A stretch of 64,000 bases of DNA from a virus, in the IMG/VR virus record IMGVR_UViG_3300027782_006229, positions 1-64,000 of that record; one strand, written 5' to 3'. The position numbers and the translations under genes are program-made. The notes under the pieces were generated by a model. The model was given only the letters and a program-made list of their open reading frames with translations. It was not told where the DNA came from and ran no database searches. Of this stretch, positions 1 through 8,625 are shown piece after piece. The first letter of the stretch is position 1, and each line of letters begins with the position of its first letter.

Positions 1-1590
1 ATAGCTCGTTATACCATATAATGATTGTGGGTTAACCATTATGTTCATCCCGAAGTCAGTAACAACTAATTGTTTAGGTTTACCGTTATCATCTGTTTCA
101 GCTATTTCGAAATACATCTGGCAAATGTCTTCATACAATGCCATTAGAGCCCATATAGTTGCCATCACCTTATCATCATGACAACCATCTTTAGCAGCCC
201 ATGAACCGTTAGGGTATCTAGTGAAATCACGGAATTCTCTAATAGTTTCTACATCATTTAACTTAACACACTTAAGTTCTGATACCCAATACCTCATATT
301 AGTTACAGCTTTTCCTTTAGTGTTAGAATGACATATCATTCCGTTTTGTTGTTTACGGTTAGCTAATTGACCACCCCAGTTTACAAGACGTTCATAGGAA
401 AATCTGTTCCTTAAAGCATCAGCAACCTGTGCACCAACACCATTTCTTTCAACAAGAGCTAGTGGGTTACCCCATTGCCTCAATATTTCAGGTACTTTTG
501 TGGAAAAGTCGTAAGGTGATATCTTATTATTAGAATATACAGCCACCTGTTCAATATTAGTGAGATCAGTTAAATCGTATATGGTAATAATAGAGTAATC
601 TTTACCTATACCTTCAGCTGTATCAACACCAGCTGCATAAATTCGTTCAGGTAGTGGTGAAACAAAGATTCTATAACAACCATTTTCATATATTTCAACA
701 GGTTGTTTAACAGCTCTCATTAGCTTATCAAAATATTCATGATCAATAGCACCATCACCATGCTGAAGGAAAACACACTCATATTCTTGTAACCAAGCTT
801 CATAAGAACCTAAGTTTTCAATGGTTTTCTTTTTAAATGCTTCATTTCTATTAGGTGGTTCATCCCATTTAATTTCATCAAAACCGAATCCGTTATCACC
901 TTTTACTGCACCCATCCATAATTTATGAAACAGGTTACCTGTACCATTGGGTGTTGATGCAATTAATATTTTTGCTTTTTCAGCTGAGGAAATCGTAGGG
1001 TAAACGGACTTCCAAAAGTCTTCCATAAGACCAGGTTCAATGAAAGCAAGCTCATCAATGAATAATAAGGAAATAGCCATACCACGAGCAGCACTACCTG
1101 TTGTGGTTGAAATACTAATCTCAGATCCATTAGCTAATTTCATAGACGTCTTACCATATTCTTCAACACCTGGTTTTAACCAGTTTGGTAGTTCCTCATA
1201 TGCTAATCTAATACGTTTAAAGATTTCAATAGCTGTTGCTTCTTTGTTAGCTACAATAACAACACGTTTATCTGCTTCAAAACATGCATGATGTAACGCT
1301 TGGATTGTATAGAGGGTACTTTTACCACTTTGTCTTGGTGACAATAAAATGAAAAACCTGTTATCTCTCATCTTTCTCAACACTCGACGTTGATATGGTC
1401 TAAGAGGTATTTTCATTCTACCTTTATCTGGATGAACGATGAAAAAATACTCTTCTGCAAAGTGTAAAATATTTTGTGCACACTTTTTAATTTCCTTCAC
1501 CTTCAATGGTGTGTACTCAAACACAGCTCCAGCAGTAGGAAGCGAAGGGTTATTTAAGTAAGTCTGTTTCTTTTTTATTGGACCTGACAT
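1..1590 (-). CDS. gp17: Terminase large subunit, T4 gp17-like (3' end runs off the window)
   Basis: Not in the ORF track. Manual translation from ATG at 1590: MSGPIKKKQTYLNNPSLP...LRPYQ...SPRQSGKST (Walker A)...LLFIDELAF (Walker B)...ASTPNG...GCHDDKVMA (nuclease motif). Confidence 0.95.
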   Translation of the reverse strand, partial: MSGPIKKKQTYLNNPSLPTAGAVFEYTPLKVKEIKKCAQNILHFAEEYFFIVHPDKGRMKIPLRPYQRRVLRKMRDNRFFILLSPRQSGKSTLYTIQALHHACFEADKRVVIVANKEATAIEIFKRIRLAYEELPNWLKPGVEEYGKTSMKLANGSEISISTTTGSAARGMAISLLFIDELAFIEPGLMEDFWKSVYPTISSAEKAKILIASTPNGTGNLFHKLWMGAVKGDNGFGFDEIKWDEPPNRNEAFKKKTIENLGSYEAWLQEYECVFLQHGDGAIDHEYFDKLMRAVKQPVEIYENGCYRIFVSPLPERIYAAGVDTAEGIGKDYSIITIYDLTDLTNIEQVAVYSNNKISPYDFSTKVPEILRQWGNPLALVERNGVGAQVADALRNRFSYERLVNWGGQLANRKQQNGMICHSNTKGKAVTNMRYWVSELKCVKLNDVETIREFRDFTRYPNGSWAAKDGCHDDKVMATIWALMALYEDICQMYFEIAETDDNGKPKQLVVTDFGMNIMVNPQSLYGITSY

Positions 1591-1607
1591 ATCTCTAAAT
1601 ATTATAT

Positions 1608-1823
1608 ATGACCAATGCATTAGTATCGCGAGTGGTTGCAGTCTGTGAGGAATTTACAGATACCGTATTATATGATAACATACATAAGAGTATTATTGTC
1701 AATATACATAAGGAAAGATTTCCAACCTTGAGGAAAGAACTTAAAAAATACGGTTACAGGCTTGTACATATGTCAAAAATGATAGAAACAAACTCTTTCA
1801 CTTGTGTTTTTATTCGCTTTTGA
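1608..1823 (+). CDS. Hypothetical protein
   Basis: 71-aa ORF preceded by a TAAATA late-promoter-like motif. Confidence 0.6.
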   Translation: MTNALVSRVVAVCEEFTDTVLYDNIHKSIIVNIHKERFPTLRKELKKYGYRLVHMSKMIETNSFTCVFIRF

Positions 1824-1836
1824 CTAAATAAAATAT

Positions 1837-2718
1837 ATGTCAAAAAAATCTCTAATGAATTTAGGTATGATCTACAGTAATATACTCAATAACGTTAAAG
1901 TTGTTGAGGAAAAAAGTTTACCTAAAACCCGAGGTACTGGTGCTAAAGAACTTAATGATAAAGGCGCAGCTGATTTACAAGATGGAGGTCCAACAGAAAA
2001 GGGTGGATTTAAGCCAAGTGAGATTGATTCTAAAAAGCTTTCTGAAAAAGATATTGAAGAAAATGAATATGCAGGAAACACACTTACTGCAGAAGAAGAT
2101 GAAGAAATTCTTGGAAAATCATCACACCGAGCAATAAATAAGTTTATGAGCAAATCTATTTTTGATAAATTATATGAAAACGTAATGTCTGATTCCATGA
2201 TGGGAATGGATAACGAAGACGCCGAAACAATGGAACTTGATGCCCTTGGTATTGATAGTGACATGGGTGGTGAAGATATGGGTGGTGACGAAGACACAGT
2301 CACAATCACACTATCTAAAGACCTCGCTAAACAACTTCACGACGTACTTATGGGTGTGATTGGTGATGAAGGTGAAGGTGAAATGGAAGATATGGGTGAA
2401 GAAGATATGGGTGGTGACGAACTAGATTTCGAAGCTGAAACACCAGAAGAAGATGAAGAAGAAATGGGTCACTCTATTGTAAATGCTAAGAAGCCTAATA
2501 TGGGTGAAAAAGGCAACAATAAAGTCAACGTGAAACTTAAGCCAAGTGGTGGTTCAAGTGGTGGTGACGGCAAATATACCGATGAAGTAAATGGTAATGC
2601 TGGTGATCTTGGTCACGCTCTTGTAAATGCTAAGAAGCCTAATATGGGTGATAAAGGCAACAACAAGGTGAGTGGTCAAACAAAGACTGGTAAAGTTGGT
2701 AGCGACTTCTTCGCATAA
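1837..2718 (+). CDS. Acidic low-complexity prohead core/scaffold-like protein
   Basis: Very D/E/G/M-rich; two GHxxVNAKKPNMGxKGNNKV repeats; lies among head genes; TAAATA just upstream. Confidence 0.55.
   Translation: MSKKSLMNLGMIYSNILNNVKVVEEKSLPKTRGTGAKELNDKGAADLQDGGPTEKGGFKPSEIDSKKLSEKDIEENEYAGNTLTAEEDEEILGKSSHRAINKFMSKSIFDKLYENVMSDSMMGMDNEDAETMELDALGIDSDMGGEDMGGDEDTVTITLSKDLAKQLHDVLMGVIGDEGEGEMEDMGEEDMGGDELDFEAETPEEDEEEMGHSIVNAKKPNMGEKGNNKVNVKLKPSGGSSGGDGKYTDEVNGNAGDLGHALVNAKKPNMGDKGNNKVSGQTKTGKVGSDFFA
2467..2669 (+). repeat. Intragenic direct repeat (~59 bp x2)
   Basis: TTGTAAATGCTAAGAAGCCTAATATGGGTGA is identical at ~2477 and ~2621. Confidence 0.9.
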
Positions 2719-2744
2719 TATTTAAATAGAAGCTAATAATTGGG

Positions 2745-2776
2745 GAGCTCGGATGTTAATTCATCCGAGCTTTCTA
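2745..2776 (+). terminator. Intrinsic terminator-like hairpin
   Basis: GAGCTCGGATG-TTAATT-CATCCGAGCTT followed by T-rich sequence, downstream of 1837..2718. Confidence 0.7.
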
Positions 2777-2797
2777 CTGTTTATATTAAATATTATT

Positions 2798-3124
2798 GTG
2801 ACTTCTTTTAAACAGTTCATGGGTCAACCCAAAAATTCCAAAACACTTCATATAACTGGTCGTAACCAAAGAATGAATCCTATGAACCCTAAGGTTGCTA
2901 AGGATAAAAAGATTAGCGGTCAAAGAAAGACTATTGAGGTTGAATCTTTATTCAAAGGCATGAATCCAAAGCCTTTTTTAACAGATGATAGAGCTTTTAC
3001 AGTAAGTAAAGAGTATGGTATTAATTTACCACAAGAGGGTGAGATGGTTAAAGTCAATTCAAACTCGGATATCTCAATGACAAAGGAAAACGGAAAATAC
3101 TATCTTACAAAATCTAATGAGTAA
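2798..3124 (+). CDS. Hypothetical late protein (start probably GTG 2798, MTSFKQF...)
   Basis: TAAATA-N5-GTG; N-terminus resembles a capsid-targeting sequence. Confidence 0.55.
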   Translation: MTSFKQFMGQPKNSKTLHITGRNQRMNPMNPKVAKDKKISGQRKTIEVESLFKGMNPKPFLTDDRAFTVSKEYGINLPQEGEMVKVNSNSDISMTKENGKYYLTKSNE

Positions 3125-3950
3125 TTGTCGTCCATTACAAAGCTGTGATATATTTGCTGGTTCTAACACAGCGGATTGTGAAATCTTTAACGCTAACAAT
3201 TTTCAAGGTGAGCAGATCATCTACGATAATGCTTTCAAAGACTTAATTAAGAATTTTGGTACAAACGTTAACTATTACGTTAATACATACAATGTATCTG
3301 CAACGGATAACTTTTATGGTGAGGACCCTACAAGACCATACTCAGCTCCACGAAATGTGAGAATGTATGTTGAGGTAGGAGCTAATGCAATCACTCTTAG
3401 AAAGTTTGGTTTCGTAAGTGATGAAGAATTTACAGGATATTTACATATCGATACGTTTACTTCATTATTCAGTTCACTTGCATATAGTACATTTGGTCAA
3501 AGAACTGAACCTAAATCTGGTGATGTTGTGGAATTAGTTGATTACTTCTGTCGACCAGGTGATAGAGGTCCAAGAATGTATGAAATCACTGAGAGAGTTG
3601 ATGAAGATATACCAGCAATCAACCCACTTTACGGTTCATATGTATATAAATTAAAAGGTAAACGTTTCGAATACTCATTCGAACCTGGTTTAACTGGTGA
3701 ATCTGGTAACAATCAAGTTTACGATAACACATTCTCTGGTATTGTTTCATCATCACCAGATTATTATGTATTGAGTCTCAATAATGAAGATGTGATATTA
3801 CATCTCAATGGTGATTTTGAACTTGCAATTGCAGAGATACAACAAACTATAGGTGTGAAATCATACCCAGGTAATGTAGATCAACTTAGTATTGACATGG
3901 TTTTTGACCAGGGTGTCAATAACACTGATATCTACGGAACTTACGGTTGA
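3117..3950 (+). CDS. gp14: Neck/head-completion protein, T4 gp14-like
   Basis: FYGEDP, RKFGF.SDEE, EPKSGDVV and YVYKLKGKRFEYS motifs typical of gp14. Confidence 0.75.
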   Translation: MSNCRPLQSCDIFAGSNTADCEIFNANNFQGEQIIYDNAFKDLIKNFGTNVNYYVNTYNVSATDNFYGEDPTRPYSAPRNVRMYVEVGANAITLRKFGFVSDEEFTGYLHIDTFTSLFSSLAYSTFGQRTEPKSGDVVELVDYFCRPGDRGPRMYEITERVDEDIPAINPLYGSYVYKLKGKRFEYSFEPGLTGESGNNQVYDNTFSGIVSSSPDYYVLSLNNEDVILHLNGDFELAIAEIQQTIGVKSYPGNVDQLSIDMVFDQGVNNTDIYGTYG

Positions 3951-4669
3951 GCTAATGGTGTTAATTTAGACGCCATTACACACAGTCTTTTTCTTTCTGC
4001 AGATTTGAACAACACTTTGAAATGTTTGAACCCTAGAGCTTTGAGCATGTAAATCAATACTCGATCATCATTTGGTTTCCATGAAACACCTTCAATACCT
4101 GTTAGTCCATGTTCAAGTTCTTTGCTTTCAGTATTAAACACCAAGCATGGTTTATCACTTTGCACACTTGGATCATATGCTGTATTGATTGTGATAACAT
4201 CTGTTGTTAAATTGGCTACTTTGGCTAGATCTGCAAATGGAAATGCTAAGTGATAGAAAATACCATTAAAAAATGTAATATCAAATGGTTGTAATGTATC
4301 CAAAATCTTGAAATCAGCAACTTGAAAAGTTAGGTTATCAGTATTGTAAAGATTGATATTTTGCTTGAGCCAATTTGCTTGATTGATCCACAGGTCCCTC
4401 ACATCAAAGCCAAATCCACGCTTGATGCCCAACTTCTGACATTCAAACAAGTGTCCCCCTGCATTGCATGCTACATCCAACACAGTCTTATCTTTGATAG
4501 TATCACCAAAAATCCTTGTTAATGGTGCACTGATGTATTTTTGACTGCTGAACCCAGACTCACTGCCAATAAAGTATGGTTGTGTTAAATCACTTGTTTT
4601 TAGTGTTTCAGTAATTTGGACATCATGATGCCATTTACCCACTAGCTGTTCGTTATATGTCAGTTCCAT
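3941..4669 (-). CDS. Class I SAM-dependent methyltransferase (CmoB/DUF1698-like)
   Basis: VLDVACNAG motif I; FDITFFNGIFYH. Confidence 0.85.
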   Translation of the reverse strand: MELTYNEQLVGKWHHDVQITETLKTSDLTQPYFIGSESGFSSQKYISAPLTRIFGDTIKDKTVLDVACNAGGHLFECQKLGIKRGFGFDVRDLWINQANWLKQNINLYNTDNLTFQVADFKILDTLQPFDITFFNGIFYHLAFPFADLAKVANLTTDVITINTAYDPSVQSDKPCLVFNTESKELEHGLTGIEGVSWKPNDDRVLIYMLKALGFKHFKVLFKSAERKRLCVMASKLTPLAQP

Positions 4670-5282
4670 AATTAAATTTTGTAAATATTTCTTTTTCTGT
4701 GTTGTATATAATACTCTTTGTTGTTGAGCTTATATTTTTTCTATCATAAACTTGGATATTTGTATGAGTTGGTGGCATCTTTACTTTACCATCTGCAAGA
4801 TCTTGCATACGTGTAACATTGTATGGTTCACCAATTTCATCAAGTATATTTATCAAATCTCTGTACAAATGTTCTGTTTTTCCAATTTTGGTGACTTTAT
4901 TGGTAGTTGGAAAATTAGCATCTTCACCCATGTATCTCTTCACTAACACTGTAAACTTACCAAGCCAGAATTGCCCGTAATCATCAATCCACTTATCAAA
5001 TGATTTGCTTTTCAGCTCATCACCACTGAACCTAGACAGTGGTTGCATTTTATTCCAGTGATACCATGAATGCCACCAAGTAATGGGGTTTCTAACAAAT
5101 GTAAAATTGATTCTATTGTCCTGTGGCATCTGTGATGCAAATAAGTGACCATGATGAGGTGTTGTGAATACTTGATCTTTATCCTTGATACACCCAACAT
5201 TCCACAAAATAGATTGTATTGATGTACCACCACACTTGGGTATGTGAATAAACTTACTGTTTTGTAAAATTGCGTTTGACAT
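4653..5282 (-). CDS. Sulfotransferase family protein
   Basis: FIHIPKCGGTS (5'-PSB) and FTFVRNP...S (3'-PB) PAPS-binding motifs. Confidence 0.85.
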   Translation of the reverse strand: MSNAILQNSKFIHIPKCGGTSIQSILWNVGCIKDKDQVFTTPHHGHLFASQMPQDNRINFTFVRNPITWWHSWYHWNKMQPLSRFSGDELKSKSFDKWIDDYGQFWLGKFTVLVKRYMGEDANFPTTNKVTKIGKTEHLYRDLINILDEIGEPYNVTRMQDLADGKVKMPPTHTNIQVYDRKNISSTTKSIIYNTEKEIFTKFNYGTDI

Positions 5283-5283
5283 A

Positions 5284-6519
5284 CTATATATTATTCACTA
5301 ACATATAATTATCAATGTGTTCAAGCTTAACTTTTGCATTTAAAGCAGGTCCAATGAAGTGGAGAATCATTTCAGCGCCAGTGGGCGGCTCCATGTTACC
5401 AAAACGCACAACACCTGTTTCAGTATTGCTTAAATTGCCAGTAGGAATGAGTTTTACTTTTTTATCAAACATCACTGAGTTAGTAAGAGCATTTGTACAA
5501 AAATAGTAGTTCATAAATGACTGCTCAAAGAAATATTCACCAGGCCAATTCTGCATAAACCAATTTACATTTTGAAAATGTAATTTCATTTTTGTGGAAT
5601 TTTTAAACAAAAATTGTCCAGCATTGAATGGCATCTGGTTGTTATCTGTTATAACAGTATAGTCAGCATCATTTATCATTGCAAATCCATGATAAAAGCT
5701 TGTTTTGTGAGTATCTAATTTAAGATTTTTATTGTATGCAGTGTAAATTTTGTTGTATTGTATGTTTAAACCAAATACTTCTGAAATATCACGTGTTATA
5801 ATTGTATCTGCATCCAAATACAATATTTTTTCATAGTTGTTTATGTTTTCAAAGTCAAATATTGTTGTTTTAACTGTTGATGCAGCAACACCATCAATTG
5901 GTGTAGATACTAGTTTGTAAGTTACTGCTCTATTGTTTGTACCCAATGCTGTTACAATTTTTTCTTTTGTTGATGCATCTGTAAACACCAAAATATCAAA
6001 GTTTGCAGCATTGCTTAAAGAGTTAATTGATTTGACTAATAGGTTAACATAATTAATGTCACCAAATACTACATAATACAGTAAATTTTTACCAGTACGA
6101 ATGTTTCGACTAGTTGTACTATTCTTAACAGTCAAAGCTTTGGTTCTCACTTGTTCTAACAACTGCCATTTAACTTGCTCTGTATCTTCATATGGAGTGT
6201 TGGTATTTTTACGCATCAATGTTCCGCGATTGTATTCAACACCTGACAATTTTTCAGTACGTGTTGATGCATATCTGCGTAAATCCTCTGCATTAACAGC
6301 TTTATTTTTACTAACAGATATGCTGCTAGTTTCTCCAGTTATAAACTCAATATCGAACGATAAATTTGTAGCTTTATGAAACTCATCGTCATGTAACCCA
6401 ACTGCACCCAAGGCTAATGTCTCTGGTGTGAGTGATACAGAATAGTTGTTAACATTCAAAGTAACTGCATGAATGCTTGATAAATTACTTGTGATTGATT
6501 TTGGAAGTAAAATTTTCAT
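5284..6519 (-). CDS. Glycosyltransferase, GT8-like, with N-terminal extension
   Basis: KILYLDADT (DxD), FNAGQFLF, EQSFMNYYF, ILHFIG. Confidence 0.8.
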   Translation of the reverse strand: MKILLPKSITSNLSSIHAVTLNVNNYSVSLTPETLALGAVGLHDDEFHKATNLSFDIEFITGETSSISVSKNKAVNAEDLRRYASTRTEKLSGVEYNRGTLMRKNTNTPYEDTEQVKWQLLEQVRTKALTVKNSTTSRNIRTGKNLLYYVVFGDINYVNLLVKSINSLSNAANFDILVFTDASTKEKIVTALGTNNRAVTYKLVSTPIDGVAASTVKTTIFDFENINNYEKILYLDADTIITRDISEVFGLNIQYNKIYTAYNKNLKLDTHKTSFYHGFAMINDADYTVITDNNQMPFNAGQFLFKNSTKMKLHFQNVNWFMQNWPGEYFFEQSFMNYYFCTNALTNSVMFDKKVKLIPTGNLSNTETGVVRFGNMEPPTGAEMILHFIGPALNAKVKLEHIDNYMLVNNI

Positions 6520-6522
6520 ATA

Positions 6523-7659
6523 TTATGTTGGACAGCTGTTTATACTCTCAACTACACCGTTAATGTCAGTATTAAAGTATGTATTATAACCGTATCGGTA
6601 TAAAGACAATGCGGCTAGCCTACCTCCTAGACCATCATTACTATAAATAATAGTTCCAATACTAATAGATGTAGTTGTAGTATAAAAGTAGGTATTTAAC
6701 AAATCTGGTTGACCACAACCAGAAATATTATATGGCCATGAATACACACAAGCTGCAGTACTGGTGATTGCACCTGTATGTGCAGTATAAAGTATACCAG
6801 CGTAAGCAAATGTAACAAATCCCACCGGTACAGTAAGGTTACTGTCAGTATACACTGCGACACCATTTTGAAGTGTTGAATCTAACCACGCTGTGTAGTA
6901 AGTTGTTGGTGTGCCGCCATCCCTATAGCTATTACAATCAGCATATGTAACCCATGATCTATAACAAGGGTATAATGCTGTAACAGACCCAGCAGTCGCG
7001 TTATAGTTGTAATTACTCCGGACAAAATTACCATTATATTGAATAGTTAATCCTTCATCAGTATATATACTACCACCAGGGAATGGGGTGCTATCATCAC
7101 TCCAAACCGTTGTTCCACCTCCAGACTGATTACAATCACCATAAATTGTAAATTGGTAAGGACATGTAGCTAAACCAGATGCAGCTGAGACTAAACCATT
7201 ACCATCTGTTTGATATCTATAGTAAGTACTGGAACCATCATAATATACGAATAGTGTTTGATTAGCCCATGGTATTATCAATGCTGTATCTGAGTATATA
7301 GTACTAGTAGCTGTCGGTGTTGTTCCAACTTGCGTATATACAGTAGCGCTCGAAAGGAGTGTGCAATCGGTATATACTGTGTATGAACTGTAACAAATTG
7401 CTTTTGTGGTAATTAACCCAGAACCATTAGTTGTGTATGTATAATTTGAATATACAAATGACGTATTCGTAAGTGGTGTTGTTAATGCTGCAGTTGTATA
7501 TACAATGGTACTAGTACCAATATCTATAGGAAACCCAGAGTAAACGTAAATTGTGTATGGAGAACTACCACCACAATTGGGAGATACCGTATATGAATCA
7601 CTAGCAGGAAGGCTACCACGCTTTGAACTAGCTATTATACCAAAAACTACAGGAATCAT
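6523..7659 (-). CDS. Cys/Tyr/Thr-rich repeat protein, putative fibre-tip adhesin
   Basis: About six ~60-aa repeats (Y.v..C...tvY...g..iY.D..Lt.p...G.i....C); N-terminal MIPVVFGIIASS. Confidence 0.55.
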   Translation of the reverse strand: MIPVVFGIIASSKRGSLPASDSYTVSPNCGGSSPYTIYVYSGFPIDIGTSTIVYTTAALTTPLTNTSFVYSNYTYTTNGSGLITTKAICYSSYTVYTDCTLLSSATVYTQVGTTPTATSTIYSDTALIIPWANQTLFVYYDGSSTYYRYQTDGNGLVSAASGLATCPYQFTIYGDCNQSGGGTTVWSDDSTPFPGGSIYTDEGLTIQYNGNFVRSNYNYNATAGSVTALYPCYRSWVTYADCNSYRDGGTPTTYYTAWLDSTLQNGVAVYTDSNLTVPVGFVTFAYAGILYTAHTGAITSTAACVYSWPYNISGCGQPDLLNTYFYTTTTSISIGTIIYSNDGLGGRLAALSLYRYGYNTYFNTDINGVVESINSCPT

Positions 7660-7660
7660 G

Positions 7661-8239
7661 TTATTTTAAGTTACCAATCAAATACCAAGTGTTGGTATCT
7701 GTTTTAATTAATGTACCAGCAGCATAATTACCAGCAAGAGATAGTGAATTGTTAAAACTATTGATGGTTACACCAACACCTGCAGATAAAACAGTGTAGT
7801 TGCTGGCTGATTTATTACCTTGCACGACAACCAGTTGTGATCCTGTAGGAAATGCTACTGTATTATTACTTGGTACACCATAATATGTATTTGTACTGAA
7901 TGTATCTATGGTAGTTTTATTAGCATTTGCAAGCGTTAAACGGTAATTTGCAGCTGCTGTACTGCTAACAGATGTTACAAAAGTTGCAGCACTTACTGTA
8001 CCTGTAAATACAGACCAACTACCACTATTTGCTTGAACCGTACTGTAGACTGATGTATTATTTGCACTTTGAGAACTTACTATACTATAAATCGTTAGGG
8101 AACGCTCTAGACCACCAACACTAATTTGATTGAATGCACTGGTTCCCGATAAAACTGTACTAATGTTTAATAACAGACGATCAGTACTAGCAGCAGTAGT
8201 AGTAAGTTGAAGAGATGAAAAGTTTACAGGTGTTGACAT
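7661..8239 (-). CDS. Short tail-fibre/adaptor protein
   Basis: N-terminal ~60 aa paralogous to 8626..10146; C-terminal AFPTGSQL...AGTLIKTDTNTWYLIGNL domain common in phage fibre proteins. Confidence 0.6.
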   Translation of the reverse strand: MSTPVNFSSLQLTTTAASTDRLLLNISTVLSGTSAFNQISVGGLERSLTIYSIVSSQSANNTSVYSTVQANSGSWSVFTGTVSAATFVTSVSSTAAANYRLTLANANKTTIDTFSTNTYYGVPSNNTVAFPTGSQLVVVQGNKSASNYTVLSAGVGVTINSFNNSLSLAGNYAAGTLIKTDTNTWYLIGNLK

Positions 8240-8258
8240 AGAGATAAATTAAAACAGA

Positions 8259-8600
8259 TTAAACTTCATTCAAAGTTACGGTACCATCTGCATGTATAGT
8301 AACAGGTTTATAGTAGTTAGCCATAATACCTGCAGTGCATCCTGGTTTAAGAGATTCAAGATAAGAACGAAGACCTTCTGAAATTACAAACAAATCTTTT
8401 GCATCAGTTCCAAGATATTCTAATGTTTCTTTGGCACCAAAAGCAACACCATTTTCATCTGTTTTTTCACTCCATAGCAACGACATACCAATTTCCCACC
8501 GTCTCAATAAATTATCAAAGCTGTTACGAGTGTAGTCAACTAATGCAGTTGCTGTTTGTTGTTTGATGTCAATTGCATGAGGTGGGTTTAAAATGTTCAT
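8259..8600 (-). CDS. Hypothetical protein (possible fibre assembly chaperone)
   Basis: 113-aa ORF between two fibre genes, with its own ATAAATA. Confidence 0.55.
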   Translation of the reverse strand: MNILNPPHAIDIKQQTATALVDYTRNSFDNLLRRWEIGMSLLWSEKTDENGVAFGAKETLEYLGTDAKDLFVISEGLRSYLESLKPGCTAGIMANYYKPVTIHADGTVTLNEV

Positions 8601-8625
8601 AATACTATTTATATGCTAAACTAGT

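Noticed and set aside
1040-1291. 83-aa plus-strand ORF and similar short antisense ORFs throughout
   Set aside because: Shadow ORFs opposite well-supported genes (here the terminase)
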